Assembly: GCA_035700225.1 (NCBI GenBank)
Contig: DASSOT010000053.1
Coordinates: forward strand, 1-44,633
DNA from: Candidatus Saccharimonadales bacterium
Lineage (GTDB): Bacteria; Patescibacteriota; Saccharimonadia; Saccharimonadales; 2-12-FULL-41-12
DNA length: 44,633 nucleotides
Direction of reading: 5' to 3'
Shown one piece after another: positions 28,974-38,437 of this stretch. A program made the translations under genes and the position numbers. The notes under the pieces were generated by a model. The model was not told the DNA's origin and searched no databases. It saw nothing but the letters and a program-made list of their open reading frames with translations. Numbering within the stretch: the stretch's first letter is position 1; the number at the start of each line of letters is the position of its first letter.

Positions 28974-29821
28974 TCGCCCGTAACCAGATACGCTAGCCTG
29001 TCCAGAAACATCCTGACGCGGGGTATGCTACTGATTGGCCGAAAAATGTAATAGTCTGCGAATATCAACGGTCCGGCTAAAAGTACGGAGCTCCATGCCA
29101 AGCCGAACATGGCCGTAACAAGCCCGCTTCGACGGAAAGAAAAGGTGCGGACCGAGCGGAATTCATACTTCAATGTCCTGATGGGCGATTTATGTATCGA
29201 CCTGTAGGAAATCTGCACGTCTATGTCCTTCATGTTTTTAATCCGGCCTTGTTCTGCCAGACAAAAGGAAAGATCATAATCTTCCCAGATATCATCACGT
29301 AGCAACAGCTTGTCTTTTATGGACGGCCAGGCACTGCGCCTGAATGCGCAATTCGAGCCCCACATCAGCGGATGCCCGGCAAAAAAGCTGGAAAGCCTGA
29401 AGTATGTGTTGAATATGAACTGTCCGGCCTCGGGGAAGGATACGTCATAAGCTTTGCCGCTTCCGTTTATGGCAACCGTCGTATCCGGTTCGTTTTCAAA
29501 ATGCGATAGCACGCGTTCTACCCAGTCTTCCGGCAATATAGTGTCGGCGTCTATCCTGCCGATTATGCCGCCCCTGGCCAGGCCGAAGCCCGTGTGCTGG
29601 GCATACGACTGGTGCTGGCGTTTTTCCCTGACCAGCCTTACGAAATCGTATTTTTTCGCTATCCTCGGCGTAGCGTCGGTAGAATTATTGTCAACTACTA
29701 TTACTTCCAGGGGTTTTACCGTCTGTTCCGCTATCGAATCCAGGCAATCCGCCAGATAGTCTTCCTCGTTGTAAACTGGTATGATAATCGAAAGCGCATA
29801 AGCTTTTTGTTTTGCACCCAT
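28970..29821 (-). CDS. Family 2 glycosyltransferase
   Basis: SIIIPVYNEEDYL...VIVVDNNSTDAT...GRIDADT (DxD), with a C-terminal hydrophobic segment. Confidence 0.85.
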   Translation of the reverse strand: MGAKQKAYALSIIIPVYNEEDYLADCLDSIAEQTVKPLEVIVVDNNSTDATPRIAKKYDFVRLVREKRQHQSYAQHTGFGLARGGIIGRIDADTILPEDWVERVLSHFENEPDTTVAINGSGKAYDVSFPEAGQFIFNTYFRLSSFFAGHPLMWGSNCAFRRSAWPSIKDKLLLRDDIWEDYDLSFCLAEQGRIKNMKDIDVQISYRSIHKSPIRTLKYEFRSVRTFSFRRSGLVTAMFGLAWSSVLLAGPLIFADYYIFRPISSIPRVRMFLDRLAYLVTGD

Positions 29822-29851
29822 TAGTCCAATATTAGCAAATAAACGTCAAAG

Positions 29852-31003
29852 ATGCCGAAAAATAAGCATAAATCCTTCAAAAATTTCTTTGCCCGACTGA
29901 ACGTGTTTTTGGACTGGCTTGGCCTGGCCATACCCAGGAGCAGGTGGGGCAGAGGCTTGCTGATAACATTCGCTTCTCTTTTGGTAGTCTCCGTAGCCGG
30001 TATGTACGGTATAGCCCGCTGGTACATCGCCAAGCATTCGCATGAACCGCTGGTAATCGGCGCTACGTTCGTACCTGACTATGCCCGAGGTTTCGGCGTG
30101 GACCCGCAGGAAACGCTGGATGCGGTCATAAAAGACCTGGGTATTAAAAGGCTCCGCCTGGTCAGCTACTGGAACGACGGTGAGCCTTCGCCGGGCAAGT
30201 ATGATTTTTCCGACCTGGACTGGCAATTCAAAATGGCCGAGGAAAACAACGTACAGGTCACGTTAGCCCTGGGCCTGCGCCAACCCAGATGGCCGGAATG
30301 CCACATGCCGGATTGGGCCGCCTCGCAACCTAAGGATGTCTGGGCAAAAGAGCTCAAGGTCTACATGGGCAAAGTCATCGACAGATACAAAGACAGCCCG
30401 TCACTTGTAAGCTACCAGCTGGAGAACGAATATTTTCTGAATGTGTTCGGGCGCTGCACCGACTTCAGCCGGGACCGGCTGGTTGATGAATTCAACTTCG
30501 TAAAATCAAAGGATTCCAGCAAACCTTTGATAGTGACGCGCAGTAACAACGCGGTGCCCAGCTGGCCTATCGGACAGCCCAGAGCGGATATCAACGGCGC
30601 CTCCATCTATAAAAGAGTGTGGGACAAGACCGTAACCAACCGCTACTTCGAATATCCGATACCGGCGTGGTTCTATGCCTTTTTGGCCGGTGGGGAAGAG
30701 CTGAGCACGGGCCACAACACCTTCATACACGAGCTACAGGCCGAAGCCTGGTTGCCTGACAGCACGGGCTACGGCAAGACCATACCGAAGATGAATGACG
30801 TAGAGTCCATACCGGAACAAAACAAATCGCTGAACGCAGACAATCTAGGTCCCCGGTTCGACTACGGCGTGGGCACCGGCATGCGCACCATGGACCTCTG
30901 GGGCGTTGAATGGTGGTACTGGCGCAAAGTGAAGGCGAATGACCCAAGTCTGTGGAACATCGGTAAAGCCAAGATTGCCCAGTACGACGGTACCGTCAAC
31001 TAG
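29852..31003 (+). CDS. Membrane-anchored glycoside hydrolase-like protein ((beta/alpha)8, clan GH-A type)
   Basis: N-terminal TM anchor (LLITFASLLVVSVAGMYGIA). YQLENEYF suggests the acid/base Glu of clan GH-A enzymes, and a later IHELQAEAW could hold the nucleophile. GH family not assignable by eye. Confidence 0.6.
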   Translation: MPKNKHKSFKNFFARLNVFLDWLGLAIPRSRWGRGLLITFASLLVVSVAGMYGIARWYIAKHSHEPLVIGATFVPDYARGFGVDPQETLDAVIKDLGIKRLRLVSYWNDGEPSPGKYDFSDLDWQFKMAEENNVQVTLALGLRQPRWPECHMPDWAASQPKDVWAKELKVYMGKVIDRYKDSPSLVSYQLENEYFLNVFGRCTDFSRDRLVDEFNFVKSKDSSKPLIVTRSNNAVPSWPIGQPRADINGASIYKRVWDKTVTNRYFEYPIPAWFYAFLAGGEELSTGHNTFIHELQAEAWLPDSTGYGKTIPKMNDVESIPEQNKSLNADNLGPRFDYGVGTGMRTMDLWGVEWWYWRKVKANDPSLWNIGKAKIAQYDGTVN

Positions 31004-32001
31004 CCGTTCAATCCGCGATTTGCCATAGCGGCGTGCAATACCACATTGTCGCCGGAAGCATGGCCGAAAAAGCCTTCGCCCGCGTAATGTTCAAGCTCAA
31101 TCCCGCCCAAAAGCTCAAGCGGAACCGTGTTAGGGTCAAAAAGCTTGCTTCCTTCTATGTAACCTATTTTGACGTTTTCTGGGCCTATCTGCCTGACAGC
31201 CCGTCTTATAAGGTAATCTGCTGAACCGGTCATGCTTCTCACGTCTTTAAGGTTGCCGGGGTTCGCGTTCGTCAAGGCGAATTTTACGAAGTCCTTATTA
31301 AGCTCGCCGGGGCGCATTATCTTGTGCAGAGCGGGGATGTTCGAAGCTTTGGCCGCTCCGCTGACGTCCGCTCCCGATGTCATGAAGTCCAGCCCAAGCC
31401 TTACGAAGCCTCTGCCTTCTTCGCTGGGCGTTTCATCGGCGTTAACCTTCTTGACTTCCAGGATATAAGAACCCGCCGCCGCAAGCCCCAGAGCAGACCG
31501 CCCGGCCTTTGAATATCCGCTGGCCAGTATGCTTCTCAAACCGAGCTCGCCTGCTACGGATTCCAGAGCCGTCATCTGCGTTTCGGCAATCGGCATGGCA
31601 TTCCCTGCGTTCATTTTCTGTATGTCGCTGTCCGTGTAACGATGCGTATTGTGGCGGAATCCGTCATCCGGAAAGACGATTATTCTCGAATTTGGTGCCG
31701 TTATCTGTTGTAAAAGCTTGGCCCTTATGAAGTGCTGTGGGCTCCAGCCGTTTTTGTGCGGCAGGCCCAGAGTAAGCGTGCGTTCCTCGTCAACTTCTAC
31801 GCCCTTATCAGGCTCCACGACTACCAAGGAAGTAGCCCGCTCACCCAAGTCGATGACCCTTTCCCCGGGCATCTGGCCAAGCACGTCTTCTACGCTCATC
31901 GCACCCCACCTATGCAGGGTGTCGGAAGCCTGCTCCATAAAGTCCGGACTTAGCAGGTCGCCGGCGCTCAATTCTCTTTGGTATGCCTCGTATAAAGCCA
32001 T
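31000..32001 (-). CDS. Hypothetical protein, possible alpha/beta-hydrolase fold
   Basis: Nucleophile-elbow-like SGYSKAGRSALGLAA, IIVFPDDG strand, C-terminal GHASGDN. Start set at ATG 32001 (MALYEAY) because TGtTATAAT lies 10 nt upstream. The track's longer N-terminus would run through it. Confidence 0.5.
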   Translation of the reverse strand: MALYEAYQRELSAGDLLSPDFMEQASDTLHRWGAMSVEDVLGQMPGERVIDLGERATSLVVVEPDKGVEVDEERTLTLGLPHKNGWSPQHFIRAKLLQQITAPNSRIIVFPDDGFRHNTHRYTDSDIQKMNAGNAMPIAETQMTALESVAGELGLRSILASGYSKAGRSALGLAAAGSYILEVKKVNADETPSEEGRGFVRLGLDFMTSGADVSGAAKASNIPALHKIMRPGELNKDFVKFALTNANPGNLKDVRSMTGSADYLIRRAVRQIGPENVKIGYIEGSKLFDPNTVPLELLGGIELEHYAGEGFFGHASGDNVVLHAAMANRGLNG

Positions 32002-32011
32002 TATGATGTAT

Positions 32012-32020
32012 ATTATAACA
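32012..32020 (-). promoter_or_regulatory. Extended -10 element TGtTATAAT, 10 nt upstream of ATG 32001
   Basis: Read on the minus strand. Confidence 0.45.
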
Positions 32021-32051
32021 TCTATTGTAATTTTCATCAAGATAAACGATA

Positions 32052-32525
32052 ATGTTTGAAGTGAGCAAGAAGTCAAAGAAACCACCGGTAAAGACTATTT
32101 CCAACAGACGGGCAAGTTACGATTACGAGCTCGGCGACTCTCTTATTGCCGGAATTTCCTTGACGGGCAAGGAGACCAAGTCTCTGAGGCTGGGCCACGG
32201 CCACCTGAAAGGCGCTTACGTGACCGTAAAAAACGGCGAACTGTGGCTGATAAACGCTACCGTGACCAGCGCCAACGGATACACAATACCGCCGGAAGAC
32301 CAGACCCGCCCGCGCAAACTCCTGGTAAAAAAGAGGGAACTGAACGCTCTTTTGAAGGCAAAGGACGAGGGCATGACTATTGTGCCCCTGGATCTTCTGA
32401 CAAAAAGTAGATATATAAAGCTCAGGATATCCGCCGGGAAAGGCAAAAAGCGCTACGACAAGCGCCAGACTATCAAGAAGCGCGATGTTGAACGCGAAGT
32501 GAACCGAGCGCTGAAATCCCGCTAG
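32052..32525 (+). CDS. smpB: SsrA-binding protein SmpB
   Basis: ISNRRASYDYEL...GISLTGKETKSLR...GELWLINA...RPRKLLVKKRELNAL, with a basic C-tail. Confidence 0.95.
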   Translation: MFEVSKKSKKPPVKTISNRRASYDYELGDSLIAGISLTGKETKSLRLGHGHLKGAYVTVKNGELWLINATVTSANGYTIPPEDQTRPRKLLVKKRELNALLKAKDEGMTIVPLDLLTKSRYIKLRISAGKGKKRYDKRQTIKKRDVEREVNRALKSR

Positions 32526-32659
32526 AGCTAGTTAGAAAAACCTCGTTAAAAATTTAGCCATAATAACTGAACCCGGTAACTTCAACATAAATACGCCCAT
32601 ATTACGCGCGATAGCGTAAAATATGAACGCATTTTACAGGGGTGGGTTTATGAATTGGT

Positions 32660-34099
32660 TTAGTTTTCGGGGTTCGTTTGCGGGTTGTTGACGGGCAGAT
32701 AAGCGGTAAAGGTCGAGCCTTTGCCCAGTTCGCTTTCGGCTTCCACCTTGCCGCCATGTTCTTCTATTATCAGCTTGCTCAGGTACAAGCCTATACCGAT
32801 GCCTTCATAATCATAGCTGAGCGTACTGGTGCCTCTATGAAATTTCGTAAACAGTTTCGGCATTTCTGATTTGCTGATACCCACTCCGGTGTCGCTTACT
32901 TTGAACACGACATTGCCACTCTCGACGCGGCTTTCTATCGTTATAGTTCCACCCGCTTTGGTGAACTTGATGGCATTGTCTATAAGGTTGCCTAGAGCAC
33001 TGCGCATATTGGCCGCACTCAGTTCCATCTTTACATCTTCAGGTATTTCGCTGGTGAATTCCCATTTCAGCCCCTTCTTGGTGGCAAGCAGGCCGAACTC
33101 CTTATCCATAGCATTGATAAACTTCGTCATCTGCGTGGTATCTTTGTGGGTTATCGTCTTACCAGCCTCCAGAGTAGAGATGGTCAGGACGTTCTCTGCC
33201 AACAGGTGCAATCTTACGACGCTCTCCTGTATGGTGCTGATGATATTCTTCAATTCGTCAGATGAATCTACGTCTTTGGCCAGGTCTATGTAGCCCTGGA
33301 TAATGGTTATGGGCGTGCGCAGATTATGCGAGGCTATCATCATGAATTCGCTTTTCATCTTGTCCAGCTCGCGCAGTTTGACGATATCGGCCTTCAAATA
33401 GTCCGCCATTTTCTCGACAGATGAGGCCAGGTCGCCTATCTCGTCATTTCTACCAGTAGCTACCTGGTGGTCGTAATCGCCCGAGCTTATGATATTCGCC
33501 GACTCGCTGACTTTTCGAAGCGGCCTTATAAAAAGATGGCTGAGCAAAAGGCTCGTGCCTACTATGCTTACTATCAAAATAACTGCGCCGGCATACAATA
33601 TCAGGCTCACCACATCTTTCAGGTTTTGTTCGGCACGGTTGGTCGATAACTGATACACCACCGAATATCTATGCGCACCAGACTCTTCAAAGTAGGGCTG
33701 TACGGCCTTGATTATGTAGCCTTTTTCGTTCTTTACATATACAGCGTCGAAGGAGGCCGCCAGTTTCTGCTCCAACGGTGGGCCCTGTTCCTTGCTTGTG
33801 TTGTTATAAAGCTCGGTTCCGTCCACAGAAACCACGCTTATGGACGTAAGATCAGGGTCAAGCTCCAAAAAATTATTAACCTGCTGGGTAATCCTGATAC
33901 GCCCTGAATCCTTGTATACGGCAAAGGTATTGCCGATAGGCTTCGTAGCCAATGCCGCAAATGATTTGGTCTGCTCATTTTGGCTGGTTCTCAACCTGAC
34001 GGTATTCTGGCGTACCAGCATGTAGGCTATGAAGGTGAATATCAATATAAGCGATAAGCTGACCGCGGCTATAACTTTGATGCGTATACTAAAGCGCAT
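32660..34099 (-). CDS. Sensor histidine kinase (2 TM, extracytoplasmic domain, HAMP, HisKA, HATPase_c)
   Basis: H-box SEFMMIASHNLRTPIT, N-box LIDNAIKFT, G1 DTGVGI, G2 GIGIGL. TM helices lie near residues 5-28 and 165-188. Confidence 0.9.
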   Translation of the reverse strand: MRFSIRIKVIAAVSLSLILIFTFIAYMLVRQNTVRLRTSQNEQTKSFAALATKPIGNTFAVYKDSGRIRITQQVNNFLELDPDLTSISVVSVDGTELYNNTSKEQGPPLEQKLAASFDAVYVKNEKGYIIKAVQPYFEESGAHRYSVVYQLSTNRAEQNLKDVVSLILYAGAVILIVSIVGTSLLLSHLFIRPLRKVSESANIISSGDYDHQVATGRNDEIGDLASSVEKMADYLKADIVKLRELDKMKSEFMMIASHNLRTPITIIQGYIDLAKDVDSSDELKNIISTIQESVVRLHLLAENVLTISTLEAGKTITHKDTTQMTKFINAMDKEFGLLATKKGLKWEFTSEIPEDVKMELSAANMRSALGNLIDNAIKFTKAGGTITIESRVESGNVVFKVSDTGVGISKSEMPKLFTKFHRGTSTLSYDYEGIGIGLYLSKLIIEEHGGKVEAESELGKGSTFTAYLPVNNPQTNPEN

Positions 34100-34111
34100 A
34101 GCCCTTTTTCG

Positions 34112-35830
34112 TTACTTCTGTTGCACTTTGTAGAAATAGACTGATATGTATGAGCTGGGCATATCCTGGGTTATCTTGTAGTCCTTATCCATAAGCCACA
34201 GATTGTCTTCGGTGCTAAGCGGCACGACAGGGATGTCCTTATCCAGAATCAGGGCGGCATCCTGCAGAAGTTTCAAGCGGGTCGCCGGGTCGATAGTGGC
34301 TCCGGCTTTGTCCAAAGTCTGATAAAACTCAGGGTTTTTATAATATGCCTCAGAGATAGTGGTCCGGAAGATATCAAGACCGTCCAAGGTGTCACTGGAG
34401 TAGTCCACGGTGTACATTTCAGGCTTACCGGATAAGAAGTAATCTATGAATTCATCAAAATCATTATGCTGGTCTATCTTCAGGGTTATGCCAGCTTTTT
34501 TTAGCTGACTTACGAACTCGTTCGTAGACTTATCCGTATCCGAGGTAGAAAATGTCAGGGTTACTCCATCAGGATAACCGGCTTCTTTCAATAGCTTCCT
34601 GGCCTTCTCGGTATTCTGTTCATACGGTGCAATCGCCGGGTTATACCCTGGTATGGATTCAGGAATCATCTGGCTTAGCGGCGTCACTTCATTATCGCGG
34701 GCCCGTCCTATAGCCAAAGGGTCTAGGGCGTAGCGTATCGCTTCGCGTACTTTCTTCTTCTGCAGAGGACCTTCCCTTACAGTGTTGAAGGCAATGAAAT
34801 GCACATCAGGTTCGACGGACACGAATTTATATGCGCCTTTCTCAGTGTCAGCCCGCTCCGGAGAAACCGTGCCTATGATATTGTATTTGCCATCATCAAA
34901 AGCTTTTATCAGTGCGTCTACGCTCTTTTCACTGCCAAAGCTAAGCTCGCGGGTTTTCGGCTTTCCTCCGTGATAATTATCAAAAGCGGCCAGCTGTACC
35001 TCTGTGTGACTGGTCTTTGTACCGGGCTTCACGTAGTAGGGGCCTGTTCCAGCCATGCTCGGGTCCTGGCCCTTGGGCAGTTCATCGTCGATTATGTATA
35101 GAAAAGCTAGCCTATTCAGCAGGGTAGGGTCGGCGTCCGTGGTAGCTATCCTTACCTTATCGGGCCCTATGACTTCCACCGATGATATGGTGCTGGCGAA
35201 CGTATCAGCCAGATCAGACTTGCTTGTTATCACCTTGTCCAAGCTGTATTTAACATCTTTTGCAGTAACCGTGTTGCCGTCATGGAATTTGATATTTTTA
35301 TTGATGGTAAATACCCATGTCTTGCTGTCGGGGTTGCTCCAATCCGTCGCCAAAGCAGGCACTATCTTGCTTCTGTTCTCATAACGCACTAGTCCTTCAA
35401 ATATCTGCGCATTGACCAGAAAGCTGTATTCATTGGTGCCCATATCCGGGTAAAGACTGCCATAGTCAACCTCTTCCAAGCCTATGCTAAGGCTTGGTAT
35501 GTCCTTGCTCTCCCGCTTGACCGCGGCGGTGCTGTCTGATTCTTCGTTATAAAACTTCTGGTAAGCGAACCATCCGCCTACTGCGAGTATTGCTATCACC
35601 AGCAGAGTGATGAGTACTTTGCGCCAGCGTCTTTTCGGTTTCTGGTTGTTAGATATCACTTGGGGGATATCAGGGCGCGCCATCGGCCTCTGTTCTTGCT
35701 GGGGCTGTGGTGCCTGTGGCTGGCTGGAGGATGGCTGGGTAGAACCGAACCTGTTGGGGTCGGGCGGCGGCTGTGTCTCCGGAATGTTAGGTCTATTGGT
35801 AAATTGATTATCCGGATTTGAATTGTCCAT
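34112..35830 (-). CDS. ABC-transporter-type solute-binding protein (family 5, peptide/nickel class) with a TM anchor and P/Q-rich N-tail
   Basis: Family-5 SBP architecture after residue ~110 (GLVRYE..., DWSNPDSKTWVFTINKNIKFHDG). N-terminus is MDNSNPDNQ...QPQAPQPQQEQRP, followed by KPKRRWRKVLITLLVIAILAVGGWFAY. Confidence 0.8.
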   Translation of the reverse strand: MDNSNPDNQFTNRPNIPETQPPPDPNRFGSTQPSSSQPQAPQPQQEQRPMARPDIPQVISNNQKPKRRWRKVLITLLVIAILAVGGWFAYQKFYNEESDSTAAVKRESKDIPSLSIGLEEVDYGSLYPDMGTNEYSFLVNAQIFEGLVRYENRSKIVPALATDWSNPDSKTWVFTINKNIKFHDGNTVTAKDVKYSLDKVITSKSDLADTFASTISSVEVIGPDKVRIATTDADPTLLNRLAFLYIIDDELPKGQDPSMAGTGPYYVKPGTKTSHTEVQLAAFDNYHGGKPKTRELSFGSEKSVDALIKAFDDGKYNIIGTVSPERADTEKGAYKFVSVEPDVHFIAFNTVREGPLQKKKVREAIRYALDPLAIGRARDNEVTPLSQMIPESIPGYNPAIAPYEQNTEKARKLLKEAGYPDGVTLTFSTSDTDKSTNEFVSQLKKAGITLKIDQHNDFDEFIDYFLSGKPEMYTVDYSSDTLDGLDIFRTTISEAYYKNPEFYQTLDKAGATIDPATRLKLLQDAALILDKDIPVVPLSTEDNLWLMDKDYKITQDMPSSYISVYFYKVQQK

Positions 35831-35910
35831 ATTTTTTTCGCTTAAGTTTATCTTACCTTAATAATATGGTGTATGCCAACAGGTGTCAACAAAGGGGAAA
35901 CATGCTAATA

Positions 35911-35940
35911 TTTACATCTGTTAAACAAAACGGGTATAAT
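35911..35940 (+). promoter_or_regulatory. Promoter TTTACA-18-TATAAT upstream of tRNA-Asn
   Basis: Read directly. The -10 ends 35 nt before the tRNA 5' end. Confidence 0.5.
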
Positions 35941-35975
35941 TACACCCTGTAATCGGCCTTAGTGCCGTTAGATAA

Positions 35976-36050
35976 TCCCGGGTAGCTCAATGGTGGAGCA
36001 GGAAGCTGTTAACTTCAAGGTTGCCGGTTCGAGTCCGGCCCCGGGAGCCA
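35976..36050 (+). tRNA. tRNA-Asn (anticodon GTT), CCA encoded
   Basis: Hand-folded cloverleaf: acceptor TCCCGGG/CCCGGGA, D arm GCTC-aatggtg-GAGC, anticodon loop CT-GTT-AA, T arm GCCGG-TTCGAGT-CCGGC, discriminator G, then CCA. Confidence 0.9.
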
Positions 36051-36060
36051 TATAAAATCA

Positions 36061-36085
36061 GTCCACATTTGTGGGCTTATTTTAT
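36061..36085 (+). terminator. Putative intrinsic terminator after tRNA-Asn
   Basis: GTCCAC-attt-GTGGGC hairpin followed by TTATTTTAT. Confidence 0.5.
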
Positions 36086-36149
36086 ATCCCTGTGCCAGTC
36101 TCGAGAGGCAACCCCGACAGCGTTTGATGTTCACATATGGATAGCATAC

Positions 36150-36178
36150 TTGACAAATACACAATTAAATAGTATTAT
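36150..36178 (+). promoter_or_regulatory. Promoter TTGACA-17-TATTAT, 9 nt upstream of ATG 36188
   Basis: Read directly. Consensus -35 and optimal spacer. Confidence 0.6.
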
Positions 36179-36187
36179 GATTAAATA

Positions 36188-36997
36188 ATGCCTGATGGAT
36201 CTTTTGAAAGAAAAGAGATGGATATTGGCCCGGCTCTGGGCGAAGCTCAACTAGCAACATTAAGTGTGGGTGAATTAGCTAGAACTGCCAATGTTTGCAT
36301 CGGTAGGACGGAGTTTATAGAAGGGTTTGAATTACTTAAGCAAGCCCAGGAAAAAGCAGGAGCCGAAGGACAAGACCTTTCATCAAACGACGCAACCGAC
36401 CTGGGGTATGCTTTAGCCGCGCAAGGACATGTTTTTTATAATTACTGCGTAGATACGGATGGCTATGAATTTGGAGGCTATACTCCTCCGCCCGCTAAAG
36501 GCCTGGAAGGTGAGGGTAGAATAAGATTTGTTCAAGCTGGCGAAACATTCATGTATGCCATTGAAAAGGACCCGAGCAATGTAAGAGCATACTTCGGACT
36601 TGGCGACATGCAACTAGAATTAGGTCAACGGCAGGAGGCTACCGAAACCGCTGAAAAGATTGAAGCAATTCTCGAAAATGAACCCTCAAGTGATACTTTC
36701 GCATCTCGCTTAGCTTTAGTAAGCATATATGGCCGGATGGAAGATGAAGGTAAAGTTTTAGGTTCATATGCGAAAGCCATTGAACGTAGCATCAGCGTAC
36801 ATCCTAAACTTAGACAAAAAATGGCTTATGATCTTGCCGCGCGCATAAACAGAAGCAAAAGTTCCAATCCTAAGGAACTTCAAGAAATTATGAGTGCTTG
36901 TCGGCGTGCCATAATTCTCGGCCCGACCGACCTAACCTATCAAGTTCTTCTGTCTCATGTTGAAAAAATACAAGCCGCTCAGGAACAAGTAGCCTAG
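36188..36997 (+). CDS. Hypothetical TPR-like repeat protein (269 aa)
   Basis: AGETFMYAIEKDPSNVRAYFGLGDMQLELGQRQEATETAEKIEAIL fits the TPR consensus, and the flanks look helical. Confidence 0.55.
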   Translation: MPDGSFERKEMDIGPALGEAQLATLSVGELARTANVCIGRTEFIEGFELLKQAQEKAGAEGQDLSSNDATDLGYALAAQGHVFYNYCVDTDGYEFGGYTPPPAKGLEGEGRIRFVQAGETFMYAIEKDPSNVRAYFGLGDMQLELGQRQEATETAEKIEAILENEPSSDTFASRLALVSIYGRMEDEGKVLGSYAKAIERSISVHPKLRQKMAYDLAARINRSKSSNPKELQEIMSACRRAIILGPTDLTYQVLLSHVEKIQAAQEQVA

Positions 36998-37052
36998 TTT
37001 TAGGGACATAAGTATGTTTGACGAAGTACCACTTTTGTTGTATTTTTAGTTT

Positions 37053-37409
37053 ATGGATTCTCCCACATTGGCAGAAACGGCAATTGAAAGAAATGCCGCA
37101 GATAAAACCACTTTGGGCCAACGGTTTATGTTCACTGGGCGCGTTCTTGTCAAGCGAGCCTACGAAGATACCCCTGTAGATAATCTTTTCGACCCGGATA
37201 CAGCAGACACCGCTGAAGTCGTGCAGTATACAGCACCCGAAATAAGGGCTTGGTTCAGGCCAATACTTAGATTTGCGATGGCAGGCTTTAAAGAGCGGAA
37301 CTCACCCCAAAAATTATTATTAGCCAGGGCTTTGGCTATGAACAAGCTAAAAAACGAGCCTGAAGCTTTGGTAATCTTTGACAGAGAAGGCAAAAAAGTA
37401 GACGTGTAA
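37053..37409 (+). CDS. Hypothetical protein (118 aa)
   Basis: ORF co-directional with its neighbours. No motif recognised. Confidence 0.4.
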   Translation: MDSPTLAETAIERNAADKTTLGQRFMFTGRVLVKRAYEDTPVDNLFDPDTADTAEVVQYTAPEIRAWFRPILRFAMAGFKERNSPQKLLLARALAMNKLKNEPEALVIFDREGKKVDV

Positions 37410-37561
37410 TTTTACTAAGCACACCACTTTCAGCTAGAACTAGCGTATCGCGCGATTAAATTGCAGGCTTCCATCATAAGGCCTTATCGTGCAATGTTCC
37501 AGCATTTTTTGCCTAGTAGTCTTACATTGCTAAAATGCCATTTTGATGATATTTTTTATTT

Positions 37562-38419
37562 ATGCCAGAAACAGGGGTAGAAAAACAATTGGAGAGCTGG
37601 TTTAGTTCTCCAACGTTGGAGATGTTGCCAAACTCAACATCAATGGGCGCCCTTCAAGCAATACCGTTGGAAACTCATCACAGCATCACTAATCTGCAAT
37701 CAGAAAATATAGATACGACAACGGACTTTTCCTTGGGGCTTGTCGGGGAAGGAAGAAGTGTTATCCCGCATATCTCCGCCTCACGAATCGATAGACAGAA
37801 GGCCTTTGAAGTAGGCAATCTTTTGAAAAGATGTTCGGTTGACCATATATTCGTCATGAACGGGGATAATGACGGTGATACTGCGACCTATGCATCATCC
37901 TTGGAGCTACTGGAAGATTTACGTGATAACGGAATTACTTTCGGCGAGATAGGTGTAGTAGGACACCCCGAAGGACATCCCCAGGTTCCGGGCCATATAC
38001 TTGATCAAGCCCTCGTGGATAAACAGGACTTTGCAAAACAAACCGAGGCAGAAATGTATATAGTGACACAGATGTGCTTTGACCCGTCGACAGTAGCATC
38101 ATGGATACGACAGATTAGAAGCAAAGGAGTGAACCTGCCAGCTAAAATTGGTGTTCCAGGGCCAATCGGCATAGACAAACTGATTAATTATAGCGGGGCA
38201 TGCGGAGTGGGTGAGTCCGTACAATTTCTGAAAACGGGTTCGGAAATGTCCGCAAGAGGACGCTCGAACGCTCGGAGTCTATTTAACCCCTACAACTTTC
38301 TTAACGAACTTGCGCAAGAAACAACTGACTCGGATGGAATAGACGGCTTATATTTCTTCACATTTAATGAGCCCCTGGGAACCCAGGAGTGGTTCAGAAA
38401 CGCAAGAGAAACGGTCTAA
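37562..38419 (+). CDS. Methylenetetrahydrofolate reductase (MetF/MTHFR) family protein, divergent
   Basis: Collinear with E. coli MetF blocks (recalled): TLEMLPN (cf. SFEFFPP, Glu28), PHISA (cf. PHLTC), HIFVMNGD (cf. HIVALRGD, Asp120), VGHPEGHP (cf. AYPEVHP), VTQMCFD (cf. ITQFFFD, Gln183), LYFFTFN (cf. FHFYTLN). Confidence 0.65.
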   Translation: MPETGVEKQLESWFSSPTLEMLPNSTSMGALQAIPLETHHSITNLQSENIDTTTDFSLGLVGEGRSVIPHISASRIDRQKAFEVGNLLKRCSVDHIFVMNGDNDGDTATYASSLELLEDLRDNGITFGEIGVVGHPEGHPQVPGHILDQALVDKQDFAKQTEAEMYIVTQMCFDPSTVASWIRQIRSKGVNLPAKIGVPGPIGIDKLINYSGACGVGESVQFLKTGSEMSARGRSNARSLFNPYNFLNELAQETTDSDGIDGLYFFTFNEPLGTQEWFRNARETV

Positions 38420-38437
38420 AGTATAGTCTGGTAAATT

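Noticed and set aside
32002-32085. Longer N-terminus (28 extra residues) for the 361-aa track ORF
   Set aside because: It would overlap the smpB start and run through a TGtTATAAT box, and the extension is an Ile/Leu-rich translation of AT-rich intergenic DNA.
32526-32659. Possible tmRNA (ssrA) next to smpB
   Set aside because: The gap is only 134 nt, with no GGGG...tRNA-Ala-like acceptor or TTCGA T-loop plus CCA end. It is too short for a tmRNA. It holds only a weak TTACGC-6-GCGTAA hairpin.
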